Positions 12,500 through 25,880 of a stretch of DNA of 38,088 nt are shown piece by piece (position 1 is the stretch's first letter; each line of letters starts with the position of its first letter). The notes beneath the pieces were generated by a model. It did not search any database. It had not been told where the DNA came from and worked only from the letters and a program-made list of their open reading frames with translations. Source of the DNA: Welwitschia mirabilis (Eukaryota); NCBI GenBank assembly GCA_051453625.1, contig JBOZIK010000001.1, positions 33,410,776 to 33,448,863 of the forward strand. The letters are read 5' to 3'. A program made the translations under genes and the position numbers.

Positions 12500-15292
12500 G
12501 GAAAAAGTTTGAATGAATTCAAAAAGGCTTTTATGCGAAGAATTTTAGATACAGTCTCAAATACTTTTTGATATCTTATTCTTAGAAGGTATTCTACTTT
12601 TTTTGAAAGTAGAATCATTATGTTAATTAACTATCTACTATAAAAAATTATAAGAAAACTTTGTGGTAAAATATGAAAAACAAGCGATGCTAATGACTTA
12701 ATAGAAAGGTTAGACATGTCAAGGAAAAATCTAGCTTAAAAATTAGGTTTTCAAGAGTAAGATATATTTTAAAATAGTAAATTTATTTTCAAAACTATGA
12801 AACAAAGAATATTTAAAAAAAAAAAAGAAAACTTCTATGAGTAAAAAGAAATTTTACTTAAATGAACTGAGAGGTAGTAAGCTAGTTTAAGAGTATAATT
12901 ACTGCACTGTATGTATCTTGTAAACAAGATAAGGATAAGGATGCAAAAAAATATAAGTGTTACTTTTAGATAATACTATATACAAATAATGTCTGAGTGA
13001 GTTAACATAATATGACTTCATGAAATCTTCTTTCCATTTAAAGTTTATATATCATTAGCTAGTTTAATTTTTCATGGTCTATAAATTAATTTTTCAAGAT
13101 TGAGTTAATGGAAGATTTCATTGCATGATGAGTACTATTATTGTTTCTTATGATAATTTAAGTCTATTTCAAAATCACAAGAAACAAAGTCTAAATTTTA
13201 CTTTAAAGAAATTAAATAATCCTTTGAGAATCTTTTTAGTTTTAAGAAAATAGAAAATTATACACTATTTTATTATGTCAGCATTTAGACAAATTTTGAC
13301 AAACTTGTAGAAGTTATTTGAAAATTAATTATTAAATAGATTTGATTGTCATGTAAAGTTTATTAAATGGAATGGAGCCCCTATCTATGAAGCAATATGG
13401 AAGAAACTAAATGAGAGTCTTCATTGAGGTTTGAACAGAACATGGAAAATTAGCAAAGTTCTAATTCTATTTAAAAAACTATAACATAGCAGATTTAAAT
13501 AATTACAAGATTATTGTTATTAGAAATATTGTTTAAGTATTTAAGTATTTTGATAATTATATGGGAACAAAGAATTTGTAAGTGAGAAAATGAAAATAAA
13601 TTAAGAATAATTTTGCAAGTAAGTTTTCATCAAAACCAATCTACCATTAATTACTTAATCCCATTTATTTAGTACTTGAATTTTGTAAAGAAACCTAGAA
13701 AATGACTATCATTTATCTTGTTTAAAGGCATATGATTTCATAATTTAAACAAATTATGTTACTATCTATGTAATATAGGTATATCTATGAAATTCTTTGG
13801 TAATTAAAAATTATATGAAGAAGTTATCATTCATGTTAATTCAAAAGAGTGTTTTCAAATTGTAAGTGAAATTGAAGTAAAATAAGGATCACCCATTTCC
13901 TTTACCTTATTTAGTATCTCTAGTGATGAACTAGAGGAGTGAATGCATGTGTTACCATAGATTACTCTATTAAGATAGGTGATTTTACAGTAAATATTCT
14001 CCTTCATATAAATGATGTTTCATTAATTTTTACATCTAAAAGAGGTATGAAATAAGTTCTTTATAATTTGAATGAATTTTGCAATTCTTTAGGTTTAAGA
14101 ATAAATGTTGATAAAACTAAAATCATGTGTTGTGGGAGTAGAAGTGAAGATTAAAAATTTATTCTTGGAAATAAATCAATATAGTTAATTGATTTGCTTT
14201 CAAAAATACTTGGGTATTTAATGCTTCAAAAATTATGAATAAGATAGATGCATGCATGAAAAAATTATACGTGCTATAAGGCTTTTTATTGCTTCATCAA
14301 CAAATGTACAAAATTAAGATATAGATTTGGAAAAACTTATTTAAAGAATTCTTCCTCTAAGTATTCTCAATGAAGTATTAATATGGATAGTACGTATTCT
14401 AAAGAATTTATAGAAGCAAATTGAGGATGTATAAAATAAATTCCTTTTTGTGTAAATTCTAGCAAATTCTCAAACACTATAATGTCATTATTTAAATTGA
14501 ATATGTTATCTTTGGAGGTTGGAGTAGGTTGTGAATTTTGAGTTTATGTTTAAAGGCTTAAAATTTTCAAAAGAATTAAATTTTGAAAGGTAGTGTTAAA
14601 TGCATCTTAAAATAAAGAAGTCTCCTTTAAATGAAAAAATGGTTTAAATCTAATATACTAACTTTGAAGTTTAGAGTAATTTATCAATTTTAGGTTTGGT
14701 GTACAAAGGATTGAAAATTTTAAAAGAGTTAAATTTTCAAAATCATTATTGTATGCACCTCAAAATAAAGAATTGTCTTTTCAGTGAAAAAAATGGTTAA
14801 AGAAAGGGAATGTAGATGTTGTTATTTTTGAAAATAATATAAGCTAGATTTAAATGAGAGTTCAATAAAAGACACTACAAAAATTCTTCTAACGTGGATA
14901 GGAAGAGAAAATTTTATTTTTAATAAGACTAGAAGAGAGAGTTTTGTTGAAGAACACTTTAGTTAAAATTAGAGGATTAATTAGTAGAGTCAGAATGGAT
15001 AATCATCCTTGTCACATTGCAGAATGTTCCAAATGAATAATGAACATGAAAGTTATATTCAACTGAATCCATTAAAGGTGAATAACATGTTTTTCTTTAG
15101 TGCTCTCAAACTTCTTTATTAAGAGAAAAATAAAACATAACTATAGATAGTTTATATGCTTTATTGTAACTACCCCTACTCTCTCTTGATCATATTTTAA
15201 GGCTATATTTAGATTTACTTTAACTTATCACATTTTAATCCTATAAATCATAAGGGTCTTTATGGATGTAATAAAAACTTTCCATTTCCATT
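12500..15292 (+). mobile_element. Decayed LINE (non-LTR retrotransposon) ORF2/RT, RTE/RTEX/L2-like
   Basis: Degenerate RT motifs in order: KAYD (~13725), EVK*GSPISFTLF (~13875-13912), ILLHINDV (YADD box, ~13995), LGLRINVDKTKIM (~14089-14127), KYLG (~14205), then RVRMDNH (~14986) and E*HVFL*C (~15080). 3' end aataaaaac-ttccatttccatt. Confidence 0.75.
14500..14800. repeat. ~155-bp diverged tandem duplication within the LINE
   Basis: aaagg.tt.aaaatttt.aaaaga.ttaaatttt...atgca.ct.aaaataaagaa...tgaaaaaatggtt occurs twice. Confidence 0.75.
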
Positions 15293-18200
15293 TTTGGAGC
15301 TTTAAAGCATTTGTAAATGGCATCATACAAAATTTATCACTCTATACAATAAATGCAAAGTTTTAAACCATCTTGAAATATCCTCTTTTGTAATTTGACA
15401 ATGATATAATTTGAATAATTTAAAGTTGTATAAATCCTATTGTATTAATGGCAACATAAACCTATTTTAGTAATTCATTAATTATTGAAGATAATTTTTT
15501 ATTTTTTAAATTATTCAAAATTACTTGTCTTGTTATCACCTTCTTTAGATGCATACTTATAGTTGAGTTATAAAGAACTAAATATTTGAAGAACTTTGTA
15601 ATGATGTGTATTTTTATTGGTTAATCACAACACATTTTATTAGAAACCTTATCTAATATAAGTAGTAGTTTAAATGAGTGAATTTTCAGATTCAGAATCA
15701 ATTATGCAATTAATTTTCTTTTGCTTAACATCTAAAATAATACTACAATGGAAAGGATGTTTATGTCATATGCATGATGCATCCCTTTTAAGAATAAGAT
15801 TAATAGAAATCATGATGAATAAGGTTTAAGAATACTTAATTAAATGATGTGAATAATAATCAATTATGCATATAGGAATTGATTTCATATTAACCTCATG
15901 AAGCGAATAAAAACCACCTTGTTATTTATCCTTTAAAACTAAACAAAGACTTGGAATCTCATGCAAGTATGAATAAATAGGACACAAATTAATGATGGAA
16001 GATAGAAATAACACTTTTTACCAAAAACAAAATCTTACAAAGATTGATTCATTTTTAAATAGAATTTATGTTAACCAACAAGATTGATATAGAAAGAACT
16101 CTAGTAACTTGAGTTACAATATTAATATAAGAAGACTCTGGTGCATAATGTAATTGGTTCAACCTATGTTTATAAGTTTATACATCCAAAACCTTAGGTT
16201 CAAATCCTATACTATGTGTATTAGTTTATGATTCATATTCATGTATTTAATGCATTTTAATGTCTTTGGTATGAATTATAGGCAAGACGTACACATTTGG
16301 TGGCCATCCTAGCCTAGTAGGACACTTATTCCACTTGCTTATGATAATCCTTCATCATCTGATACGGATGTACAATTTGAAAGGTATGTGAATTTGTTAT
16401 CAAGAGGAAGGTCCATTCAGGAGATGATGTTGCATGAAAGATTTTTGGAAAAACAAAAATAGTAATCAAGAGAATATTCTATGTGTATACCTCAATTTAT
16501 TTGAAAATTAACATAAGAGGTGACGCCTCCTTTTAAATGTGAGTTATTGCAAGAGAGGAAAAAAAAATTCATCCGCATAGTTCCTTTTTATGGAATAACC
16601 ATACAATGCTGTCTTTCATTTCAAAAAACAAAAAAAAAAAAAAAAAGAAAGGAGCTAAATCAATGTATGAATACAAAGGTTTCAAATAGACATATGTGAT
16701 TTAAAGTGGACTAAAAAGAATTTGAAAGCATTTATTCAAACTTAAATAGTATAATTTTTTATTTCCATGTTGCTTATAATTTTATTGCCTTACATGAAGG
16801 AGAATCTCACTTAAACATTGATTCTAAAACTATACCCTTGATCTAGGTGTTAGGTGAAAAAGAAAGGACATAGTTTTATTTGACTACTTATCAAATTGAA
16901 GTAAGTCAACTTGATAAAAATATTTAAAGACTAAAGAATCTCTATGGCGATAAGGTAGAAGAAAATTAAGCAATTCAAGCCATAATTAATGAATTCAACT
17001 AATAACTAAAAGTAACAAAGCTTATCATTAACTACTACGTTATCATATGCATAAAAATAGAAGACTTAGAAAATAAAAAGGAGGTTTTGCTTCCATGCAT
17101 GTAAGAAGAGGCTTAAGTGATATTTGTGGAGATGCTTCTAATGATGGAACAAACTAAAAGGTCTTGTGACTTTTGTGTTATGTGAAAAATGTGTAAATTG
17201 ATCATTTTGAGGTTGAAATCACAAGTTAGTGGAAGAAATTACTAACTATTATAGGGAATTAGTAAAGGTATTAGAAGGGAAGCAGATAAACAAATGAAAG
17301 AACTTTGTTAGCTCTAAATATGAGAGCTTCAATGGCGAGCTAAAATTCAAGAGTAGTACCATGAAGCTGGTACTTACAATGTTCATTATCACATCGATGT
17401 AATGATTAAAGCAACATTTAAACTATTACACAACAATAATGAAGAGGAATTTATGAAGTAAGTAGTTAAGGCTAAATCCTTGGATGTTTAGCTCTAAATT
17501 TGAGAATCAACTATTATCATCTTTAAGATTAGGTTGGAGTAAAGGAAAAGTAATTCAACTAGTAGGCCTGCCAGTTGCAATAGCTACAAGAAAAGTGAAG
17601 GTCATTACAAGCCAAAAGTAGGAATAAGAAACTAACATTTTCTCATCTAGCAACAAAGGCTAAATAAGAAATTACTTGTCCACTACGGGTGAACTAATTC
17701 CCTTTTTCCTTGATCATCCACACACTTATGTTAATAGCTAGCAGGCTATGTCATAGTTTTTTTGTACTTTTATAATATCTCTTTATACAATCTAGTCAAG
17801 GATATGGTTGTTATCAATCATGGGGGAATGGTAGGTGTCTAGTTACACTTATGCCAAAATGGTATCATTGGATTATATTTGTGTCAAGTTTAAAACTTTA
17901 TCTAATAAAAAAGGAACCTTGGTACACTGTAAGATATAAGGATTGATATTTTCTTAACAGAGATTATTTTTATTAGTAGATAGGTTCTTTTGCATTACTA
18001 GATCATGAATTTGTATTCAAAAAACCTAAAACATTAGAAGAGTATAAAATACCAAAAATACTTCTAATGACATATCATTATTAATAAGAAAGAATTAATA
18101 CTTTACAATATCTATTAGCATCACTAAACAACAAATAACTTGGGTCAAAATTATATGATACAAGATGAAATCACCTCACATTCATTACTGCTTATACATA

Positions 18201-19199
18201 TGAAAATGGAAAAAAGTGAACATGAGATTATTAGGAACATACTATGAGTACGTAATAATAAGTGATAAGGTATTTACTTAATATGCTATTTGGCATGGGA
18301 ATTCAACAATCGACATATGTGAAAATGCATCATTGGAAACTAAAACCATATATCTACGATTATTCTTTAAGTATAGCCATGCGTGCTAATGTCATACTGT
18401 CACTATTAAACCACTAAAATTTATGGATCTATAATTAATTTATTATGCTAATCAAATAGTAATCCTTAATTGCACCAAATATAATATAGCTTTAGTTTTC
18501 AATATTCAAGCAAAATCACACACATATGATTATCTTATTATGGGTATGAATATTAAAAAGTATAGTATCAACATTTAAATTTTATCATGATAAGTGTTAA
18601 AACATATTACTTTGAATGAATTATTAAATAACGCTATTTACTAATCTTGATCTCACTATTACTCAATCATGTAAGCTATTCCTATTTAGCTTTTAATCTT
18701 ATTATGGGTACACATATATAAGTCATCTTATAATTTAAACATGAAAGACATAATGCATATTAACTATTGTCAAGTATTACGACCATAATAAAAACTAAAA
18801 TGCTAAAATAATGATATTCTAACATAAAGCCTACATCCATGGGATGCTAATTTGAGCTGAAGGCTGAGATAAATAAATAAATAGAGTTGCAAAATTTATA
18901 CAAGTACACAGGCATACCAACACACCATAGGTACTACAATAGATATTTATGGTTTCTTAGCACAACCCACTATAGATAAGTTTCTTTAAGAAGTACAAAA
19001 TATATAATCACTTAATAACAAAGTAGGATGTGAATGACATAGGTAATACATAAGATAAATGGCTTTAAGTCATCATCATTATAATCATCCATTAGCATCT
19101 ACTAGATCTATGATAATAAAAATAACAAAATACAATCAAGCAATATGGGTACAAGATCAATAGTGTTAATAAACATAACCGTTAGTTATGTTTTTATTA

Positions 19200-20780
19200 G
19201 TTAGTGCTAGAGGTTTCTTTTAGTGTTTCTAAATGTCATTTTGTCATTGTTTCAATATTGATGTGCCATGCTAGAATTGGACAATGGAGTCATTTATAGT
19301 ACCAATGATTATAGTTGAATAGGAGGTTACAGATTCATCTTTTGGTTACAAGCTTATGCCAATAGTACTGATATGTTAATAATGGACAACTATCATGTAT
19401 AGCAAGTTTAAGTAGTCAAAAATATCATGTAATATTGTCAATTTCATGTTTCAACTCTCTTAGCTCATTTTGTTATGTAAAGTATTACCTTTCAACAATC
19501 AATTTCGATGACAGAGCTCTATATCATCACCAACTCTTAACACCAGCCAACATATCCATGAGTGCTCTTGAATCATTTTCATCTTCAAGCTTTGCCAAGT
19601 ACGTTAATTATATATGCCTTTGGATGATTATACTCAAACCAATAAATGCTTATCCCATATTCATAAAATATGGTCTAGAAATCCTTTATCTTGACTAGAG
19701 TATCTAGGAAACCATTGTCTTGTAGTCATGAAGTTACATTCCCTTATGACCTACAACATATCTCATTGTGCTAATGGCCAAAAACTTTTATCAAAAAGTA
19801 TGCCCTCATGCCTACAACATGTGTTGGTTGCACCTTCACTTGACCACACAATAAGATGACGAGGAGTGTGGGGAAGAAGTATGACACCACCCCCAAATTA
19901 TGGCATTTCATCGACACCTTATATGTATAGTCATGAAGAGTTTAATCATCTTTGTTATGATTTTCTATTCTGGCTAACAACAATTTTAGTAAATCATAAT
20001 TATGGGCCACGTCTTTCTCTTAGCCATCATTATGTCAAGATCAATATGCATTTATATTTTTCTATTAGTTTTCCATAGGAATTCACAACCATTTCCTTGT
20101 GACAAGGTAAGACTTTTTAACTAGAAGGACTATTTGTTCATTTTTATAATTTTAGCAACCATTTGTGTTTTATTGTTTCAAATCATTTAGGGTTTTACTA
20201 TATTATTTTAACATTTGGATCTTGTGATTATTGAGCTAGGGCATCATCAAAGTTAGAAAAATTTTAGGGTTTATTTAGTAACAACCAGCTACCAGCCTAT
20301 GATAGTGCAAATCACACATTAAGATCTATCTACAAGTATCAAAAATGACCTAAAACTCCACAAAAGACTAACCGGCAACTTTGTGGATTAGCTGATGATG
20401 CCATCAATTTTGAGTTGGGGTTCAATCAGACATTAAAATCATTCTTACGACACATACTTTTAATACTCACATAATGCTCTTCGAGATTAATCCTTGTCTT
20501 GAGAAATCATCAATCAAATAAACATGTATCTATTATCATAGTTTCCATTAGTCTAGATACATCCATGTGAACCAAAACTAAGCAATGTTGAGGTCTAGTA
20601 TTTCACTTTGGAAAAGGAAGCCTTTTTGATTCCTGTTGTTTTGTGATGACACATTTTACAAATCTTTAACAAGCACTTTCTTAAACATCTAATGCAAGAA
20701 ACTAAATTTGACATTTTTTAAAATGGCTAATCAATTCTAATTTATTACTAAAGTGAGGCACTTGACATCTTGCTAGAGCT
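19200..20780 (-). mobile_element. Decayed Ty3/gypsy pol fragment (RNase H / extra RNase H / integrase), Tat-like
   Basis: Minus-strand remnants: LKIDG...ANP (~20415-20385), NFDDALA (~20254-20234) and FWPLAQ*DML*VIRECNF (~19785-19732, resembling the integrase Zn-finger region). Frameshifted. Confidence 0.45.
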
Positions 20781-21899
20781 AGATGTTGTACATCTTAATT
20801 TGATACATTAGAAAGATGAAAACTTCTTAACTTTCATTTTGTCCATTTTGACTTTAAATTTAGTTTGGTAACCATTTATACAAAGCATACAATTGAATTG
20901 TACATTGGAATCATGATTTTTGCTATTCAAGTATCATGATTTGACCTTCGTAATTAGAATTGGAGCGAAATCATGATTCTAGACCCAAAATTGCAATTTG
21001 ATATAGAATTGCCGAGGATTCTCTATTTTGGAATTGCAATTGCAAAAATCAGACATTTAACCTAAAAATCATGATTTCTAGTGTATTTCTCATGCATTTT
21101 TGAAGCCGTTAAGTTCGTCACACCAAAAAAGAACTTTTGTACGCATAGAAAAACTATGGTTTTGAGTGTGGTGACAAATCTACACCACTATTTGAACAAT
21201 AACCAAGTTGATTTTTCAAAAGTATTCATTGTCATTTAGTGTTTGATCACTATTTCTTGTTTTGTAAATGAGAGGCACATACATTATTATTATTCTGATA
21301 TTCTCTAGAGTGTTGTTAGGTTCATATTGTTCTATTGCAAGGTTATGTTGTCAAATTTGCTTACGTCTACTATTTCCAATAAGCCAGCTCAGTGTGAGTT
21401 GCAATTAGATTAATCATTAGTAGCAAATAACAATAAGAACTTTTGTTTTCATTGTGAGATTGTAGGAAAGTAGGATTGAATATAATGGAGGGAGAGTATT
21501 TAACTTTGTAGCATAGTAAAAACTAACTTGTAAATTAGAAATTTGTTAGCAAACTTAAGTGTCAATGCATAACAAAAGTTGCATATCAAATTATGTATAA
21601 CTGAGGACACATTTCTGTCAGCTTTTGAATATAGTAAAATACTATATTTGTTGAACAAACAATAAAGATTATTCATGTGATTTTAAATACTATCTGTTTA
21701 GGTTATGTTAGCCATTTTTGAGCTCTTTTTGAGTTTTAAAATTAATTGGATTTAACTCTTTATTGAAAAATTAAAAAATTCTCATGTTTTGTACTTTTTT
21801 AATATCACAATTCCATGCGATTCCAGCTAGCTATTGTCGTGATCTAAATCTTCAAAATTACACCTCAATCTGCATTTCAAAAGATGGTACAAAGTTACA

Positions 21900-22860
21900 C
21901 AACACTAAAGTTTTTACCAAATTATGTACATAGTAAATGTCAAAGATTTATGTACTTAGATCTCGTGTTAGTGGGTAAGGTAAGAGATCCAATCATTATG
22001 TTTACCAACATAATTCTATTACTCAAAAAACACCATCCTTGTGCTTCCCCACATGAGAACAAGCTTTTTGTTCCTTCTCGTACGGTTGTTGCAACAACTA
22101 TCAAAACCCTCAATTCCAGTGACTTGTACTTTTGACAAGACTAAAGCCTTCTTCTCTCTCAAGAGCAAGTTTCCTTAGCTTGTGTGTCTAGTTGGCAAAA
22201 GTGAGATGCTTCATTATTTGCCTCTTTATTTCTGCTGTGAGATTTGGAGCCAATGTACCTATTGTCCTCGCAACAATGACATGTAATAATTGCATTACTT
22301 ATCTCCATGTGAATCTTTTTTTCCATCACATTTCACTTGTCTACTTGCTTGTTAGAATTTCCTTTGGTTTATCCGTTTCATTTGAGGGCATTACTTGCCA
22401 AGTATGCAACTATACATTTCTTGGACATCCATTGTAGATTGAGTGTAGATTGTGTAACTTGTCCTCTTATTATCAACTACTTATTGCTCAAAGTCTTAAG
22501 GTCATGTGCAAGTTGGACCATTGTCAATTTTGACATGTCTCAAGCTTTTTTGATTGATCAAAATGTCAAATAGGCTCTTAAGGACCTTTCCAAAAGCCTG
22601 AACTCATCAAACTTTTCATTGAAAGAATGATGACTATTTGAGATCCTTGGAGACTCCACTAACGACTGGTCCAACACTTTTTGTATCCTACATTTTAAGG
22701 GCTTTGAATTCTCTTTCTTGAGGATTTGGATCTGAATAACATGTAATTTGGCAAATATATAATACGTTGTCTATTGTGTATTCCAAGGTAGCATGGCTTG
22801 TAATTCATGATCATCGATAAACTTAAAATTTGGCTTGCAACTCATGAGTGACTTGTTGAC
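21900..22860 (-). mobile_element. Decayed Ty1/copia gag fragment
   Basis: Minus-strand remnants resembling copia gag (ELAHDLKTL...), a broken Zn knuckle (VKC...H, ~22335-22305) and a W-containing protease-like stretch (~22045-21985). Heavily disrupted. Confidence 0.4.
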
Positions 22861-24114
22861 TTGTAGATTCCCTCGATATTGATTGTCTATACAAAGAAGT
22901 CAAATAAAACAGATAGAAGACAACATAATGTAAATGTTTTATAGAGAGATTTTGTTCCTAGGTGTTTATAATATTATAACAACTTTCAACCATAAGAAAA
23001 TGAATTCAAATGACTATTTGATATCGTTATAGATGAATAATATACAAAAGCAAGTAAAACACAACTTTTTTTTAAAAAAAATCAAATGGATACCAAGAAT
23101 CGATCAACGAACATATCTAAGTAGCAACAAAACACAAAAAACATAAATATTTATTTCACATATGCAAGAGGTCAATTACATAAGCTGTAAGTCAATAGAG
23201 CATCTACCATGTGAAATAAACTATTAAAATTAAATTTTTTATCACATATTAACGTTTTCGGAAAGTGTGGAACCTGGTTTTTAGCGAAATGTCAAAAACT
23301 AAAAAATAAAGAACCTTGAATCTTAATACATGCATGTGAAGATTCTCAAATTTTTTGACTCGCCTAACTTTGGATTCACTCACGATGAGTCAAAATTTCC
23401 CTAGATTAGAAAGAAAACTCACAAAGAGAAGGACTCTCCAAGCTTCGAAGAGTCATGAATTACTCATATTGCCTTGGAAAATCATTCTACACTAGTGTGT
23501 TCCAAAGGATATTAGGATATGACTCAAGAATAGTCTTTGGATAGAACATTCATATCAACTTGCATGGAAAAACAATGATCAGGTGTCCCATTGCTCCAAG
23601 TCAAAAATTTCTTTTTTGTTTTTCTTTTAAAGAAATCTTGAAAAGCATGCCCTCATGCAAGTGTAGCGTATAAACATGATAAAAACCAACCTCAAGATAA
23701 TGGTTTCGTCTAAAACAAAACTAGATACACACACGCAACAAGTTGTCGTGTATTTACTACTCCCCAAAGATTGAAACAAAATCACACCGTTTATTGATTC
23801 AGATAGCAGAGGTAACTCTATAATAAGTTTTCTCTGTGTTCTAAGAATCCAAATATCTAAATCTTAGCCAGTCACAACAGCCAATCAACAGGCAAGTCTG
23901 CCTTACCATTGCAAAAGAATGATCATAGCCTTATGAATCTTTATAAATTAAGAAAGTTATCTGGCAAGTGTCCAACCCATTCCAAAAGAGATGGCCTTGG
24001 GAAAATACAGAAGCAATGGTATAACATTCTTTTTCGAAAATGGAACAAGAGAAACTTGCTAACAACGTGTTGCAGAGGAGGAAAAAAATTAAAAAAATAT
24101 TGTGAGCACAGAAG

Positions 24115-24501
24115 TTAGCACATCCGCCAACTGTATACTTTTACAGGGAAGTCGGATGTCATCAACATACTCTTCAAATGTTCTGCACTCTCAATGCTCT
24201 TTGACAGCAACAATGCAAAGCCACCTCCACCGGCTCCAACGAGCTTGTACCCACAACAAAATGGTTTAACATATTCAAATAAATTATCCACAAGTTCATT
24301 ACTACAGTAAGGATCAAGCTCTTGGTGCAATCCCCATGCTTCAACCATCACTGCACCTAAGCCATCCAAATTGCCATTGATAAAAAATTCTCGTCCCATC
24401 TTTGCAAGCCTTGTCAATTGTTTGATGCTCTTTATCAAGCAGGCGTCGCGCTGAAGATACCTAGCACCCACCTTCTGCAATACCTGATTAGCAAGCCGCA
24501 C
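24115..24501 (-). CDS. FKGP: FKGP last coding exon, GHMP-kinase C-terminal domain
   Basis: Acceptor tttcag|GTG at 24502/24501; VRLANQVLQKV...HQELDPYCSNE...GYKLVGAGGGGFALLL...VKVYSWRMC*; TAA at 24115-24117; 387 nt, phase 0. Confidence 0.94.
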   Translation of the reverse strand: MRLANQVLQKVGARYLQRDACLIKSIKQLTRLAKMGREFFINGNLDGLGAVMVEAWGLHQELDPYCSNELVDNLFEYVKPFCCGYKLVGAGGGGFALLLSKSIESAEHLKSMLMTSDFPVKVYSWRMC

Positions 24502-25140
24502 CTGAAATGTAATACCATATGGATCATATTTCAATAATGAAATTGTCAAAGCAGTTGGCAAGCCAATTCACATAAAAATGGAGTACAAGAAGTGCAGGCA
24601 AATGCAAGGAGCCTAATGAAGAAAGCCCATGGTGATATAGTTGTGGAACTATAATAGCCTAGGAGAAATTAGCATTAAGCACAGAGGCAAGCTCATGATG
24701 TTTTGAATTGACCCATAATCATATCAACTTCTGTGATTTTTGGAGGCATAAAAGATTTCTTCTTGAGCACCCACCTCTGTGGATGCCACGAACCATGTAA
24801 ATGTTGATTATGACTGGCTACCACTTAAGCAAACTCTAACGGATGGATTAGCAGAAAATGCATTCTTAATAACCTTCACCCTGACTATTCTTGAAAATCT
24901 CTAGTTTACATTTCTAACCGGAAATATTTATTTTGCCTTGATCATGAGAAGCTGGATGAGAGAAGCTGGATGAGGTAGATCTAATATTAGGATTCTATGA
25001 TTCCATGTTAGTATGATATAGCAATACACTATTACATTTCTCAAGGAGCTTCAATTTTATTCACCATAATACAAAATTTCAAAACTTGTTTATTGAAAAA
25101 GCTGTTGAAATATATAACCAGACATGGTGGCTTGTCGTAC

Positions 25141-25880
25141 TTGCCCGGTGAAGACCACTAACAGTCGTTGCTCCAACTGAGATACCAGCTGAGGATTTAC
25201 CAAGACATTTTCGACATCCAGTCGTAATGGTTTCCCAGGCAAACTAGTAGTAAACTTAATTCCAGGATAAAGGCCTCCAATCTGATCTTGCCAGCCTCCA
25301 CCTGTGCCCATCAATTGTTCTAAAACCAAGACAAGCCTAGCCACATTCTCATTGCTCTCGTCTCCATCAATGATCTGCATGAGACCTTTCACCACAGCAG
25401 CTGCAAGGATACTAGATGTTCCCAGTCCACTACCCCGTGGCACATTCGCCCATGTTTTAATTTCAAGAGCTCTCTTTCCAACAACCTTCTCCAATACATT
25501 TTCCATTTGAGTTACCATCAGTGCAGCTTTAACCAGGCGAAACTTGTCTTCCTCAGGAAATGGTGGAGAGATGGAGCTGAGGTCATTAATATGCAACTTA
25601 TTTCCAGAATCATCACACATGAAAACTCCATTTCCTGATGTCATGACGATTTCTGCACCAACAGGACAGATTCCATCCAGATGTATGGCCATGTTGAGAA
25701 CATACCCAGTTCTCTCCAAGCTCCAAGGTGGTGTATCACTCCAGCCACCGGCAAAGTCAACACGAACCGGGAGTCTAACAGAGGCCTTTTTGATGATATA
25801 TGTTTCACTTGATGGAATTTGATACCCATTCTGATCAGACGTTGGTGCATCTGTAGGGCTGAGAAACCTTGGGGGCTGAT
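25141..25880 (-). CDS. FKGP: FKGP penultimate exon, GHMP-kinase (fucokinase) N-terminal domain
   Basis: Encodes VRLPVRVDFAGGWSDTPPWSLER, the GHMP ATP-binding motif PRGSGLGTSS and MGTGGGWQDQIGG. Donor CAA|gtacga at 25141/25140. Acceptor gaccag|AT at 25881/25880; an in-frame alternative exists at 25850. Confidence 0.92.

Noticed and set aside
16139..16207. Functional tRNA gene
   Set aside because: Only box-like motifs; no acceptor or anticodon stem pairing is seen.
23909..24118. 69-aa plus-strand ORF convergent with FKGP
   Set aside because: Non-ATG start, lies antisense to the presumed FKGP 3' UTR, and has no recognisable motif.
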